A DNA stretch of 64,000 nt from Cyanobacteria bacterium auto_48_18 (GCA_036170915.1 JAVHQC010000033.1:32001-96000), one strand, 5' to 3'; shown: positions 1-12,448, numbered from the stretch's first letter. Notes: generated from the letters alone by a model not told the origin. Translations and numbers: made by a program.

Positions 1-1230
1 CATGGGCTGCGTTGTCTCTTCCACGAGAAGCCATTCAGTGGTGTCAATGGTAGTGGCAAGCACAATAACTGGTCTATGGCTGACGATCAGGGTAATAACC
101 TGCTCGAACCAGGCACCACCCCCCACGAGAATTTACAGTTCTTAGTGGTGCTAACCGCCGTGATTCGCGCCATCAACAAGTATGGTCATTTGCTGAGAGC
201 CAGCATTGCTTCCGCCGGCAATGACCACAGACTTGGTGCCAATGAAGCGCCTCCTGCAATCATGAGCATCTATCTTGGTGACAAACTCACCGCTGTGGTG
301 CAAACGATTATTTCGGGCAAAAAAGAGATTCTTGGCGAAATCGGTAAAGTGCTGCAATTCGGAGTCTCTACTCTTCCTGATCTTCCACGCGATGATTCAG
401 ACAGAAACAGAACCTCACCTTTTGCTTTCACCGGCAACAAATTTGAGTTCCGTGCTGTTGGTTCTAGCCAATCAATTGCCTGGCCAAACACAGTGCTCAA
501 CACAATCGTGGCTGAGTCAATGGACTTTGTCTCTAGTGCAATTTCATCTGAAATCAAAACCGGTTTAGATGTGAATGCTGCTGTCGAGAAAGTGGTGCGC
601 AAAACTCTTATTGAAAATGAGCGTATCTTGTTCAACGGCGACAATTATTCGAAAGCCTGGCATGAAGAAGCTGAGCGCCGCGGCCTGCCTAATTTGAAGA
701 ACAGCGTTGACGCTTTGCCAGTGTTAAACGAGAAAGAAGTCAAAGACCTGTTCAATAAATACTCCGTTCTCCAAGAAGACGAATTGTTCAGTCGCTATAA
801 CGTCAATCTTGAGTCTTATTGCAAGACTATCAATATTGAGTCATTGCTCACTGCTAACATTGCGCGCACCATTATTCTTCCTGCTGCTCTCGATAACCAG
901 TTGAAGCTGGCCCAGACTATCGCCACCACCAAGGCCGCTTTAAATGGCATCAATCTCACTGAGCAAGAGAATTTCCTCAAGCATCTGTGTGATGAAATCA
1001 CCACTCTGCAGATTTCTCTGGATAGATTGGAAGGCGTGATTAAGGCTGGTCAACAAGAAGAGCACGGTGAACATGGTGAGTCTGATAATCTCAGGCGTGC
1101 CAAGTTCTACCAAGAGGAAGTAATTCCTGCCATGGATGCAGTCCGCGTAATTTCTGACCAATTGGAAACAGTGGTGGATGATGCTCTCTGGCCACTGCCG
1201 AAGTTCCGGGAGATGCTCTACATCTACTAA
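1..1230 (+). CDS. glnN: Glutamine synthetase type III, 5'-partial (begins before window)
   Basis: Frame open from base 1: HEKPFSGVNGSGKHNNWS, ASAGNDHRLGANEAPPAI, DRNRTSPFAFTGNKFEFRAVGS and C-terminal WPLPKFREML are GS-III signatures. Confidence 0.93.
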   Translation, partial: HGLRCLFHEKPFSGVNGSGKHNNWSMADDQGNNLLEPGTTPHENLQFLVVLTAVIRAINKYGHLLRASIASAGNDHRLGANEAPPAIMSIYLGDKLTAVVQTIISGKKEILGEIGKVLQFGVSTLPDLPRDDSDRNRTSPFAFTGNKFEFRAVGSSQSIAWPNTVLNTIVAESMDFVSSAISSEIKTGLDVNAAVEKVVRKTLIENERILFNGDNYSKAWHEEAERRGLPNLKNSVDALPVLNEKEVKDLFNKYSVLQEDELFSRYNVNLESYCKTINIESLLTANIARTIILPAALDNQLKLAQTIATTKAALNGINLTEQENFLKHLCDEITTLQISLDRLEGVIKAGQQEEHGEHGESDNLRRAKFYQEEVIPAMDAVRVISDQLETVVDDALWPLPKFREMLYIY

Positions 1231-1274
1231 CTACGTAGATAAGCTCGACTAGATTAGCTCGACTGAACAGTCTG

Positions 1275-1310
1275 ATAAAACCCGAGGCTCACGCTTCGGG
1301 TTTTATTTTT
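1275..1310 (+). terminator. Rho-independent terminator after glnN
   Basis: ATAAAACCCGA...TCGGGTTTTAT inverted repeat followed by T-run. Confidence 0.8.
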
Positions 1311-1457
1311 GTCGAAATTTGTGGCGTCATTAAACCTGTTGCCATCAGCGTTTCTCTGGGCAAAATACATTTAGTTCGTTGATTGAGAGTGCACCACAGA
1401 TAGTGAACTAATTTGCTATGGTATCGTTCTTGGTGCACCCTTCACTTAAAACGCATT

Positions 1458-4130
1458 ATGCATAATGACCAGTCTGAAAGCACGCAAAAGTCAACGCCGG
1501 CTGACCTCGACAGCCTCGACAAGACTCAGCCGTCTGCCCCTGGTCAAAGACTGTCCTATAATAAAGAAGAGCCTCCAGGTCAAAAACCAGGTAATCGTCA
1601 AAAGTCACCGACAGTGCGCGAACGCTCTTATTCGTATTTTAGCGATGGAACTGATGCAGGTAATGAGGATACGAGGCAGATGGGCGAGGATGAAAAAGAG
1701 AATTTATCATCCCATGACGCCCCCAGCGAGCCCTTTTTATCGTTCGGTGATGGCTATGAGCAGAATAACAATTCGGCTCCTGCGGCAAAGCCGGCTAAGC
1801 GTAAGGCTGAAGTCTCTCCTGAGCAAGACGACATGCTCGGCACGCTTTATCTCGGTAAATATCAATTAGTTTCGATTATTGGTGCCGGCGGTTTCGGCGT
1901 TATTTATCTCGCCCATCAAGTCTTTCTCGACAGATTAGTTGCCATCAAAATGCTGAAAAGCAATTTGGCGTCGGCTAAGGCTCGCATCCGCTTTCACCAG
2001 GAAGGCAAAGCATCGAGCGCACTGCATCATCCGGCCATTGTTGCCATCAACGATTTTGGCATAGACGATCTCGATCGGCCATATATGGTCATGGAATATG
2101 TGGAAGGCGTGACGCTGTCCGACGTTATTCGCGAACGCATTACCCTAAACGTTGCCGAAGCCCTGCCCATATTTTTGGAATTACTTGATGGTCTGGCGGC
2201 TGCGCACAGCAAGGGCATTGTGCACCGAGACATTAAGCCCGGCAACATCATGCTGGCCATGGGCGAAGATGGTGTGCACGTAAAATTGCTCGATTTTGGC
2301 ATTGCCAAATTGCTCGACGAAGATGATCACACAGTGCAAAGTCTGACAAAGACCGGTGAAGCGCTCGGCACTCCGCTCTATATGAGCCCTGAGCAGATTC
2401 AAAGTTTTAAAATTGACTATCGCTCAGATCTATATTCACTTGGTTGCGTAATGTTTTCTTGTCTGACTGGTGCACCGCCTTTTGTGGGCGAGCAGAAATT
2501 TATGACCATGGACAAACATTTGACCGAGAAGCCACTTTCGCTCAAAGAAGCGTCTCTTGGGCTCGACTTCCCTCCTGAGCTCGAAGCAGTCGTAGCCAAG
2601 CTTTTAGCTAAGTCGCCTGCTGATCGATATCAGTCGGCTGATGAAGTCAGAAGCATCTTGATCAATCTTTCGCAGAAGTTAGGCCTGTCTCCTGGTGGTG
2701 CTACTCAAGCTTTTAATGCTACCGGCAGTGGTGGCAGTGGCAGAGCGATTAACCTTCCTAGCTCAGTTGTAAGTATTGTTTCGGCTTCGCAAGGGGCTAA
2801 GACTGAAGTTGATTCACCGTCATCATATTTGTCAGGCAAATCACAGCCGACGCAACATCTGACTCGTGAGGAGCGTACTCGGGCTTACACAATTAACAAT
2901 TCTCCGGCCGCAAATATTGACGCCCAAACAGAAGTCGATCTGGCCAGTGCTGGGCGTAAACCGCAGCATGTGACGCAAAATCAGTCAGGTGTACTCAGCC
3001 AGAAAACTGGTGCATTGACAGGGCGCAATCAGCCCATTGATCATAGTGTCGATACTGACGAAGAAGATGACGAAGATTCTGAACCTTCTCGCCCTTACCT
3101 TAAGATTGCCGTGATATCGCTGATGGTGCTGGCGCTGGTGGGTGGATTGTCTACTGCCGGATATTTTTTACTCAAGCCAAAGGTCGTAAAACCGGCACCT
3201 CCAGTTGTTCGTGTCGCGGTTCCGGTAACACTGCCAGCTGATATGCCATTGAGCACCACTCCTCCTCAAGTGAGAACTGAACCGCTTTTACCTGATGGAT
3301 CTGATGACGAAACAGTCATTTCTGCCCTGTCGAGGTCACCGCATCTTGAGGATTTCAAAGCTGGTGACAACCGCGATATTACTGACAAGGTAATGCCAAT
3401 AATTGGAGGTCTTGCCGACCTTAAGGTACTCAGTCTGGATAGTACAAAAATTACAAACGAAGGTCTGAAATATTTAGCCAAATCGCCGGTAAGTATACTT
3501 TCGCTTAAGCATACGAAAATTGATTCTGACGGCGTTAAGTATATTGTCGCCCTGAAAAAACTTGAGCAGCTTTTCGTCGCGGATACAGGCATAGGAGATG
3601 AAGCTATGCCACTTCTTGGTGGGAAATGTTTGGTTACTCTGCAGTTGTCTAAAACTCCGGTCACCGTATCTGGTATCAAAGCTCTGGCCCAGGCGAAAAA
3701 TATTACTGTCAGCTTACGATCCCTCATTCTTGAGGATTGTGCAGTCGGTAATGATGTAATTCCTTTGTTGAAGCCCTTTACTAAATTAACAGGCCTAAAT
3801 TTAGACAGTACTAAAGTTGACAGCAAAGGTTTTGCCGACCTCGTGAATCTGAAAACCGTCAACTCGCTGTCATTGGCTGGTAATAAACAGATTAGCGACT
3901 ACGATATGCCGGCTTTGTCTAAGATGCAACAACTAACGACTCTCGATTTGTCTGGCACTAAGGTGACACCTGCCGGATTGCGGCAGTTGAAGAATCTCAA
4001 GAATCTTAAACATCTGTGGCTCTGTGGCATTAACCTTGACGACTATGCAAATCAGGCAATTTCGGCATTTAAGAAGGAGTTGCCGGAGTGCACGGTCGAG
4101 ACCATTAATCGCCCGCGGTCGTTCTGGTAA
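1458..4130 (+). CDS. Hanks-type Ser/Thr protein kinase with one TM helix and C-terminal leucine-rich repeats
   Basis: IGAGGFGVIY, VAIK, HRDIKPGN, DFG, GTPLYMSPE; TM IAVISLMVLALVGGLSTAGYFLL; LxxLxLxxTxI repeats. ATG 1458 preferred over TTG 1413. Confidence 0.9.
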   Translation: MHNDQSESTQKSTPADLDSLDKTQPSAPGQRLSYNKEEPPGQKPGNRQKSPTVRERSYSYFSDGTDAGNEDTRQMGEDEKENLSSHDAPSEPFLSFGDGYEQNNNSAPAAKPAKRKAEVSPEQDDMLGTLYLGKYQLVSIIGAGGFGVIYLAHQVFLDRLVAIKMLKSNLASAKARIRFHQEGKASSALHHPAIVAINDFGIDDLDRPYMVMEYVEGVTLSDVIRERITLNVAEALPIFLELLDGLAAAHSKGIVHRDIKPGNIMLAMGEDGVHVKLLDFGIAKLLDEDDHTVQSLTKTGEALGTPLYMSPEQIQSFKIDYRSDLYSLGCVMFSCLTGAPPFVGEQKFMTMDKHLTEKPLSLKEASLGLDFPPELEAVVAKLLAKSPADRYQSADEVRSILINLSQKLGLSPGGATQAFNATGSGGSGRAINLPSSVVSIVSASQGAKTEVDSPSSYLSGKSQPTQHLTREERTRAYTINNSPAANIDAQTEVDLASAGRKPQHVTQNQSGVLSQKTGALTGRNQPIDHSVDTDEEDDEDSEPSRPYLKIAVISLMVLALVGGLSTAGYFLLKPKVVKPAPPVVRVAVPVTLPADMPLSTTPPQVRTEPLLPDGSDDETVISALSRSPHLEDFKAGDNRDITDKVMPIIGGLADLKVLSLDSTKITNEGLKYLAKSPVSILSLKHTKIDSDGVKYIVALKKLEQLFVADTGIGDEAMPLLGGKCLVTLQLSKTPVTVSGIKALAQAKNITVSLRSLILEDCAVGNDVIPLLKPFTKLTGLNLDSTKVDSKGFADLVNLKTVNSLSLAGNKQISDYDMPALSKMQQLTTLDLSGTKVTPAGLRQLKNLKNLKHLWLCGINLDDYANQAISAFKKELPECTVETINRPRSFW

Positions 4131-4228
4131 TAGATCCAGTTTAATTCTGCTCCTATATGTGTAATAGGAAAGAAGAAACCTGCATTTGTACAGTCTTATT
4201 TAGCGACTGAGCATATTATCCGACGGTC

Positions 4229-6331
4229 ATGAATCTCAATCACTCGCTTCAGAAAAAGAGCATCACCTTCTTGCTTGTCAGTTTGTCTCTGATGGCGGCT
4301 GGTTGTCTGGCAGCCATGATGGGCTTGGGCCGTAGCCATACAGACCGATGGCTAGAGACCAGATTGCAGGCGGTGCATGAACTGCAGCAGTTGCGCGAAG
4401 CATTCAAAGATACGATGCTATCGAGCCAGCGTTATCTAATCACCGGCGAAAAGCTGCAACTGCAGTCCTTTCTCGACTCTGAGGACAGCGTTAAAAAACA
4501 TTTGTTTCTGTTACAAGGTCTAGATGGCGGGCAGTTTGGTAAAGACGAGCAGTTTCGCGCTATGGCTAACCAGTTAGGGTTGACTTTAGATCAGCTTGAT
4601 TCTGATGCCAGGTTGCGGCAAGAAAAAGGGGCGGCATCAGCTAAACAACTATTGCTGACCACCAGAGAATTACGCGACGCCGCGCGCTTGTCGCAGTCGT
4701 TAGTTGGTCTTGAAGACGATCAAAACAGAGCTATTCGAGGTTATTACAGCGGCGATGCCAAAGCCCAGGGCAATTCGCTGCCAATGATCTGTTTGCTGCT
4801 TGGAGCATTGTTTGGAGCTGTCGGCGTCTATTTCTTGAAAAATTCAGGCAGCATTGAAGGCATTAAAACTGAAGATGATGATGGCTACCCTAATGAGTCT
4901 GCACTGAGTGCAGCAAACACCGCTAACGGTGAGAGCGGCGAAAGCGGCTCTTCCCTGGCAGATTGGCCCCAGGTGCAAAAATTACGTGCTGAACTGGCAG
5001 AAGCCAAAGAACAGCTTGATCGGCTGGCCCATGTTGACTTTTTGACCGAAGTCTCTAATGCTCGAGGTCTTGAGCAAGTGTTACGTGCTGAAGACAATCG
5101 AGTGGGTCGCTCAGGCACACACTTGATTGCTGTGCTGATTAATTGCGACGATTTTCACAAAATCAATAATGCTTTTGGACATAGCACGGGTGATATCGTG
5201 CTTAAAGAAATCGCTAAGCGAATCAAAAGCACCTTGCGACCTTCTGACCATGTGGCGAGAGTCGGCGGCGATGAATTCTTAGTGTTGCTTCCTGATACCC
5301 AGCTTGCATACGGCATGAGAGTGGCTGAGCGCATTCGTGTTGCTATCGCTGACGCTCCTTTACGCGGAGCTCAAGACGTGGTGCATCTGACAGCCAGCCT
5401 CGGCCTGGCCAATTTGCCTCACAAAATTGCCTCGGTCAATGAAGCGGTAACCCTTTCGCGCACCGCTCTAAAACGCAGTAAATCTGGTGGTAAGAATAGG
5501 GTTTCATTGGCTCGAGATCTTGGTGTTGAAAAAATCGAAGACGATGAACCGACGCCTAAAAATATTGTGGCTCAGTTATGCGACAGTACGCAGTTTCGCA
5601 CTGTCTACCAGCCAATAATGGATCTCAATCAAGAATTAATTGCCGGATATGAAGTGCTAACTCGCGGTCCTGATGGCGCTTTTGAAAGTCCGGCTGATTT
5701 TTTCCGCATCTGTATAGAGAACAATATTCTAACTACGGTTGACTTGCAATGCTTGCGGTTGTGTCTTGAAGATGCACCAAATGTGGGGCCTAATATGCGC
5801 CTGCATGTCAATCTTTTCCCCTCCACTTTGCTCGAAACTCCAGTGAAGAATTTGATTGATATTTTTCCACAAGAGCGCAACGGCACCGTCTATTGTCTGG
5901 AAATAAGCGAACAGCAATTCATTACCGAGCCGGGCTATTTGCGCGAAGCTATCTCTGGTTTGAAACAGGCCGGCATACTTGTGGCTATAGACGATGTAGG
6001 TTTTGGCCGCAGTTCGCTAGAAACTTTGATTTTACTTGAACCAGATCTTGTCAAAGTCGATCGCAAATATGTCTCAGGCATCTCTCGTGAACCGTCTAAG
6101 GCGAGGCTATTACGGCGGTTGGCTAATGTGGCCAAGTCACTTGGTGCCGAAATAGTAGCAGAAGGTATAGAAGACCGCGCGGATTTGCCTCTTCTAAAAG
6201 AGATGGGCATTAACTATGGTCAGGGTTTCTTGTGGGGCGATCTTTTACCTGTGCTACCAGCTCTTAGAAATGAAACCGAAATTACTGACGTAGAGGCTAA
6301 GACTAAAAAAGCTAAACCGGGTGCAGTGTAA
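4229..6331 (+). CDS. Membrane-bound diguanylate cyclase/phosphodiesterase (CHASE3-like sensor, GGDEF, EAL)
   Basis: Two TM segments flanking SSQRYLITGE (CHASE3-like), intact RVGGDEF, YEVLTR, IDDVGFG, VKVDR, VAEGIE, GQGFL. Confidence 0.88.
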   Translation: MNLNHSLQKKSITFLLVSLSLMAAGCLAAMMGLGRSHTDRWLETRLQAVHELQQLREAFKDTMLSSQRYLITGEKLQLQSFLDSEDSVKKHLFLLQGLDGGQFGKDEQFRAMANQLGLTLDQLDSDARLRQEKGAASAKQLLLTTRELRDAARLSQSLVGLEDDQNRAIRGYYSGDAKAQGNSLPMICLLLGALFGAVGVYFLKNSGSIEGIKTEDDDGYPNESALSAANTANGESGESGSSLADWPQVQKLRAELAEAKEQLDRLAHVDFLTEVSNARGLEQVLRAEDNRVGRSGTHLIAVLINCDDFHKINNAFGHSTGDIVLKEIAKRIKSTLRPSDHVARVGGDEFLVLLPDTQLAYGMRVAERIRVAIADAPLRGAQDVVHLTASLGLANLPHKIASVNEAVTLSRTALKRSKSGGKNRVSLARDLGVEKIEDDEPTPKNIVAQLCDSTQFRTVYQPIMDLNQELIAGYEVLTRGPDGAFESPADFFRICIENNILTTVDLQCLRLCLEDAPNVGPNMRLHVNLFPSTLLETPVKNLIDIFPQERNGTVYCLEISEQQFITEPGYLREAISGLKQAGILVAIDDVGFGRSSLETLILLEPDLVKVDRKYVSGISREPSKARLLRRLANVAKSLGAEIVAEGIEDRADLPLLKEMGINYGQGFLWGDLLPVLPALRNETEITDVEAKTKKAKPGAV

Positions 6332-7107
6332 TGACACAATCGCCTGCCATTATTTTCGCTCCTGAAAAAGTCTCAATAGAGAAAGCTCTGTCTGTGGCCT
6401 GGCAGTGCACCAAGCGTGAGTTTGTGCCACTATTGGTGGTGATGCTGATTTCCTGGGCTATACCTTTGTTTGTTAGTCTCTTTTTTATTCTGGTTGGGTT
6501 TGCCATACCAAAAGATCAACCTCTTTTGCAAATTTGCTACGGTTTAATAACCAGTCTAGTTTCGGCGTTAATTGGCGCTGTGATGGAGCTGGGAATGGTA
6601 AACGTTCAGCTTAAAGTACTTGATGGCGGCAGCGCGAAAGTTGGTGATTTATTTTCTGCCAACCAGCTGTTTATCAAATATGCTTTGGGCTCTTTCAGTT
6701 ATAACGTTCTTGCTTTCTGGGGTTATATTTTTCTCGTCATTCCCGGAATAATAGTCAACTGTTTCATGCAGTTCTATTCCTTTTTTGTTGTTGATAAATC
6801 TCTTGGACCCATTGAATCTCTTCGCGCCAGCTGGATCGCCAGTCGCGGTGCGAGAATCAACATTTTATTGATGATGCTGATCTTCCACGCATTGCGCACA
6901 GTTGGCACCATTTTGTTATTCATTGGCTTAATACCTGCGCAGATGATAATTTCGCTGGCCACTGCGGAACTTTATCGCCAGCTGGTAAAGAATACTTCTC
7001 CTGAAGATTTTGCCGGCATCGAAGGCTTGCGTTACTCTTTGCCGACACAAGAAGACTATGATCGCGGTCATGTAAAAATTCAAAATGTGGACGACGATCA
7101 GCCCTAA
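6331..7107 (+). CDS. Integral membrane protein (DUF975-like)
   Basis: Several hydrophobic helices, IFLVIPGII and GPIESLRASW pattern; start overlaps the upstream stop (TAATG). Confidence 0.7.
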   Translation: MTQSPAIIFAPEKVSIEKALSVAWQCTKREFVPLLVVMLISWAIPLFVSLFFILVGFAIPKDQPLLQICYGLITSLVSALIGAVMELGMVNVQLKVLDGGSAKVGDLFSANQLFIKYALGSFSYNVLAFWGYIFLVIPGIIVNCFMQFYSFFVVDKSLGPIESLRASWIASRGARINILLMMLIFHALRTVGTILLFIGLIPAQMIISLATAELYRQLVKNTSPEDFAGIEGLRYSLPTQEDYDRGHVKIQNVDDDQP

Positions 7108-7125
7108 CTTTTCATTTTTTACCTT

Positions 7126-7306
7126 GAAATGCCCGGCTTCATTGACCATGCCGCCTTTCATACCACCCATTCCAAGAGCACAGGTCTTGCAGGCATTTTT
7201 TGGAACGCATTTTTTGCCATAGACGCCAAGGGCCAACTTCTCTTGCCTTAATAAGCGACTAAGCGATTGCCTGCCAGCCGCCACCAGCACTTAGTTTTGG
7301 CTTCAT
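7126..7306 (-). pseudogene. N-terminal remnant of an FdhF/YdeP-family molybdopterin oxidoreductase
   Basis: MKPKLSAGGGWQAIA*SLIKAREVGPWRLWQKMRSK then a +1 shift in an A6 run gives NACKTCALGMGGMKGGMVNEAGHF; in-frame TAG, frameshift and truncation. Confidence 0.75.
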
Positions 7307-7484
7307 TTGCAATTCTCTTGGGTCTAACCATTCAATTATATACTTCAATGATTGATGCAAATTGGAACAAAGGCAATAGAATAGGCATCTGAAAGTTAGT
7401 GGCAAGCTTTGCTTTTGACATCTGTCTAGAGGCAGTGGCAAGCAACTTTTTTACGAACGTCTTTTGATACGGAGTTTGAATTGT

Positions 7485-10325
7485 ATGAAGCGCTCTTCAC
7501 TTTTAAGTATGACTGCCGCCTTACTGGCTGGTACTACCACCCTTGGTGCGTTTTATCCTGCCATCGCCGCTGACACCACGAGCCTCATTGCTGTGGCTGG
7601 CTCCGGAAATATCAGTGACATAGACGCCCGGCTGGCTGCCATTGAAAGACGCATGAATGAAGCCTACAATGCGGGCCGTTTAACTCAATTACAAGTGCAA
7701 AGTTATAAGAAAGATTTGCAGAGTGTAGCCGATCAAAAGGCGGTGTTCAGCGCTTCTGAAGGCAAGCTGAATTTGTGGGAAAATTTGAGGCTGCAATTTG
7801 ACCTCGATGCCATTATCAAAGCCATGGAAGCTAGCCTGACTGATAGAAAGTCAGGCTTTGTCGATGTTAGCGCCAGGCGTGATGAGATTCAAAAGCGATT
7901 GTCAGATGCATTGACTCGTGGACGCTTGACTAAGCAAGAATTTGACGAAGTGCGTTTAGAACTTGAGGAAATAAATCAAGCAGTCGAAGCCGCTAAAGGC
8001 GCCAGTGGCCAACTCAGTGTCTCTGACAATATCAGGTTGGTAATTGCTTATGACCGGCTCAGTCAGAGACTAACCCGTACCGTCCACGCACGTCAGTCGG
8101 GCCTCGCTGCTATTGACGCGCGCCAGAGTGAAATTGATAGGCGTCTAGCTGAAGGAATTAAAGAAGGCAAAATCACAGCCGCCGAAGCAACTGATTTGAA
8201 ATCACAGTTAGCCCTTGTCGCTGATAAAAAGATGCAGTTGCGCAAATTGTCTCGGCCGCTGACAGCTGACGAGCAGCTCGCCATTGCTTTCGATTTAGAG
8301 AAACTCGGTGGCCAGGTAGAGGCAGCTTTTTATGATAATGATGCAGCCAGCACCAATACAGCTGCGAAGGTTTCTAGCCGAGAAGCTGAGATCGACAGAG
8401 ACATCGCCACAGCTTTAAAGAATGGTTTGATAACTCTCACCGAAGCGCAGGTATACAAGCAACAGCTCGATCAAACTAGTGCCAAAGAGGTCAGTATGCG
8501 CACCAGTTCTGGTGGCGACTTAGATCCGTTGCAAGTACAAAATCTGATGATCGAATTAGAAAAGCTGAGCGGAGCGGTTGACAGGTCTACCTATAACCGT
8601 AAGGCGGTCTGGCCAGGCGTTCAGGCTTCATTTACTGAGTTGTCAACGCGCATTGCTGAAGCTAAAGCGGCAAGTAGACTTGATAGCGCCGATGAAACTG
8701 CACTGACCAGCGAGTTAAACGGACTCACCTCTATGGCTCAGGGTATCGGTAATACACAGGCTACAATGCAAATTGTGGCTGCTATAAATCAGCTTTCCAC
8801 CAAAGTTACTCGCGCCGTGAAAGATCGCGAGATTACCTACATTCCAGACTTAGATAAGCGTAAAGGCGAAATTGATACGCGCATCGCCGATGGTATCATT
8901 GGCGGCAAATTGACCATTGATGAAGCCAATAGTGCAATGGCTGAATTTAACCGGGTAATGGGTCAACAAGAAAGCTTTAAGGCCGGTGACGGCCTTATTG
9001 ACGAAAGAGAAAAGCTCTCTCTGGCTCTGGAGCTTGAGAGATTATCCACCAAAGTGGAGAAAGATATTCGCGACAACTCGTTTGCAGCAAAGACATTGCA
9101 GGTGATGAAGCAAGACGCTGATCAAGCAATTGCTCAAGGTACACTGTCAGGCAAGCTTACTGCTCAAGAGATTCAAGCATTAAGAGCAGAGCTCAATCGC
9201 ATTGCTGAATTTCAGGCGTCTAAAGTCGCTGCTCAGGGCAGGCTTGCTGCTAGAGACGCCATAGCTCTGGCTCTTGATTTGACCAAACTTTTGAAAGACA
9301 CAGAAAACTCCACTAAAAACACGCAGGTGGCTTTGCCTGATATTGCTAAGCGTCAGGCTGAGCTCTATCAACGCATTACTGAAGGTGTGATGCAGGGCCG
9401 CTTAACGGTGAAAGATTCTGAGAATTTGAAGAAAGAGTTTTATCGCATTCTTGATCAGGAAAGCAAACATCGCGCTTCAGGCGGACTCAGCTTCGGCGAA
9501 CATGCTGCCTTATCACTTGAACTTGAACGTCTGGCCAATACAATTGAGTCGCATATGGGAGACACCCAGGCCGCAGTGCCTGATGTTGATGGCACTCAGT
9601 CGGAGCTCGACAAAAAACTTGCCGCGGCTGTGGCCGGCGGGCAGTTGACCTTGGCACAAATGCAAGAGTTCACCAAAGAGCTCGACCGCATTAGCCGTGA
9701 AGAAATCTCATATCGTTTTTCTGGAACCGGTTTGAGTTATGCAGAATCAATTTCGCTGGTTGCCGATCTAGAAAAATTGAACGGTCGTGTTGACACAGCC
9801 ATGGCCGGTCAAAGTGTAAAGTGGGCTGGTATTGACGGCCGCATCAATGATCTTGGTAAGCGTGTCGGTGAAGCTTTCCTGGCGCAAAAAATATCACCGA
9901 CGCTGGCTTCAGAGTTGAAGCGCGAACTTGATAGAGTCAACCAGGCTAAAGCTGCATTCAGTGCTTCTGGTGGCAGTTTAAATTTAGCCGAAACTGAATC
10001 TCTCATGCGCGACCTTGATCGCTTAAGTAGACAAATCGACGTGCGCACAGGCACAGGCCAAATTATCACATGGACAGACATTGAGAGCCGCCAGGCAAGA
10101 GTTGAAGCTCGCATTGCTCAAGATACCGCTCAAGGCAAATTGTCGGCCAGTGTGGCTAATAAAGCCAAGCGTGAGTTGCAATCGTTTAAAGCCAGCAAAG
10201 CTTCGCTCAAGTCTTCGACAAACGGTAATTTGACTTATTCTCAAATTGTCACTATGGCTCAATCACTTGACAAGATCGATAAGATGGTCGGTATCGCTCC
10301 TACCCCGGCTTTCCGCAATCAATAG
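7485..10325 (+). CDS. Secreted protein made of 11 tandem ~82-aa helical repeats
   Basis: Signal peptide ending AFYPAIAA; recurring ID.R..EI..RI..G...G.LT..E...L..EL pattern; GGAG RBS before ATG 7485. Confidence 0.8.
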   Translation: MKRSSLLSMTAALLAGTTTLGAFYPAIAADTTSLIAVAGSGNISDIDARLAAIERRMNEAYNAGRLTQLQVQSYKKDLQSVADQKAVFSASEGKLNLWENLRLQFDLDAIIKAMEASLTDRKSGFVDVSARRDEIQKRLSDALTRGRLTKQEFDEVRLELEEINQAVEAAKGASGQLSVSDNIRLVIAYDRLSQRLTRTVHARQSGLAAIDARQSEIDRRLAEGIKEGKITAAEATDLKSQLALVADKKMQLRKLSRPLTADEQLAIAFDLEKLGGQVEAAFYDNDAASTNTAAKVSSREAEIDRDIATALKNGLITLTEAQVYKQQLDQTSAKEVSMRTSSGGDLDPLQVQNLMIELEKLSGAVDRSTYNRKAVWPGVQASFTELSTRIAEAKAASRLDSADETALTSELNGLTSMAQGIGNTQATMQIVAAINQLSTKVTRAVKDREITYIPDLDKRKGEIDTRIADGIIGGKLTIDEANSAMAEFNRVMGQQESFKAGDGLIDEREKLSLALELERLSTKVEKDIRDNSFAAKTLQVMKQDADQAIAQGTLSGKLTAQEIQALRAELNRIAEFQASKVAAQGRLAARDAIALALDLTKLLKDTENSTKNTQVALPDIAKRQAELYQRITEGVMQGRLTVKDSENLKKEFYRILDQESKHRASGGLSFGEHAALSLELERLANTIESHMGDTQAAVPDVDGTQSELDKKLAAAVAGGQLTLAQMQEFTKELDRISREEISYRFSGTGLSYAESISLVADLEKLNGRVDTAMAGQSVKWAGIDGRINDLGKRVGEAFLAQKISPTLASELKRELDRVNQAKAAFSASGGSLNLAETESLMRDLDRLSRQIDVRTGTGQIITWTDIESRQARVEARIAQDTAQGKLSASVANKAKRELQSFKASKASLKSSTNGNLTYSQIVTMAQSLDKIDKMVGIAPTPAFRNQ

Positions 10326-10357
10326 CAAGGGCTAGGCAGCTAGCTAACAAACAAGCA

Positions 10358-10398
10358 AAAAAAGAAGGGAGCGCCAATCGCTCCCTTCTTCAATTTTT
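10358..10398. terminator. Bidirectional terminator between convergent genes
   Basis: AAGAAGGGAGCG / CGCTCCCTTCTT stem flanked by an A-run and a T-rich tract. Confidence 0.8.
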
Positions 10399-10410
10399 AT
10401 GCTGCTATTT

Positions 10411-12303
<1,893 letters not shown>

Positions 12304-12448
12304 GTGCGATTCTCTGCCTATTTTGTAGAGTTTTGTCTTGTTGCCGTTGTATCCTTTAGATCTGTTTAGCGGCTCGGTCTGGGCTATTTGGAGTTCGAGT
12401 TTGTCGATTGTTGGAACCGTACTTAGAAGCCATGCTGGAGGTTATCTC

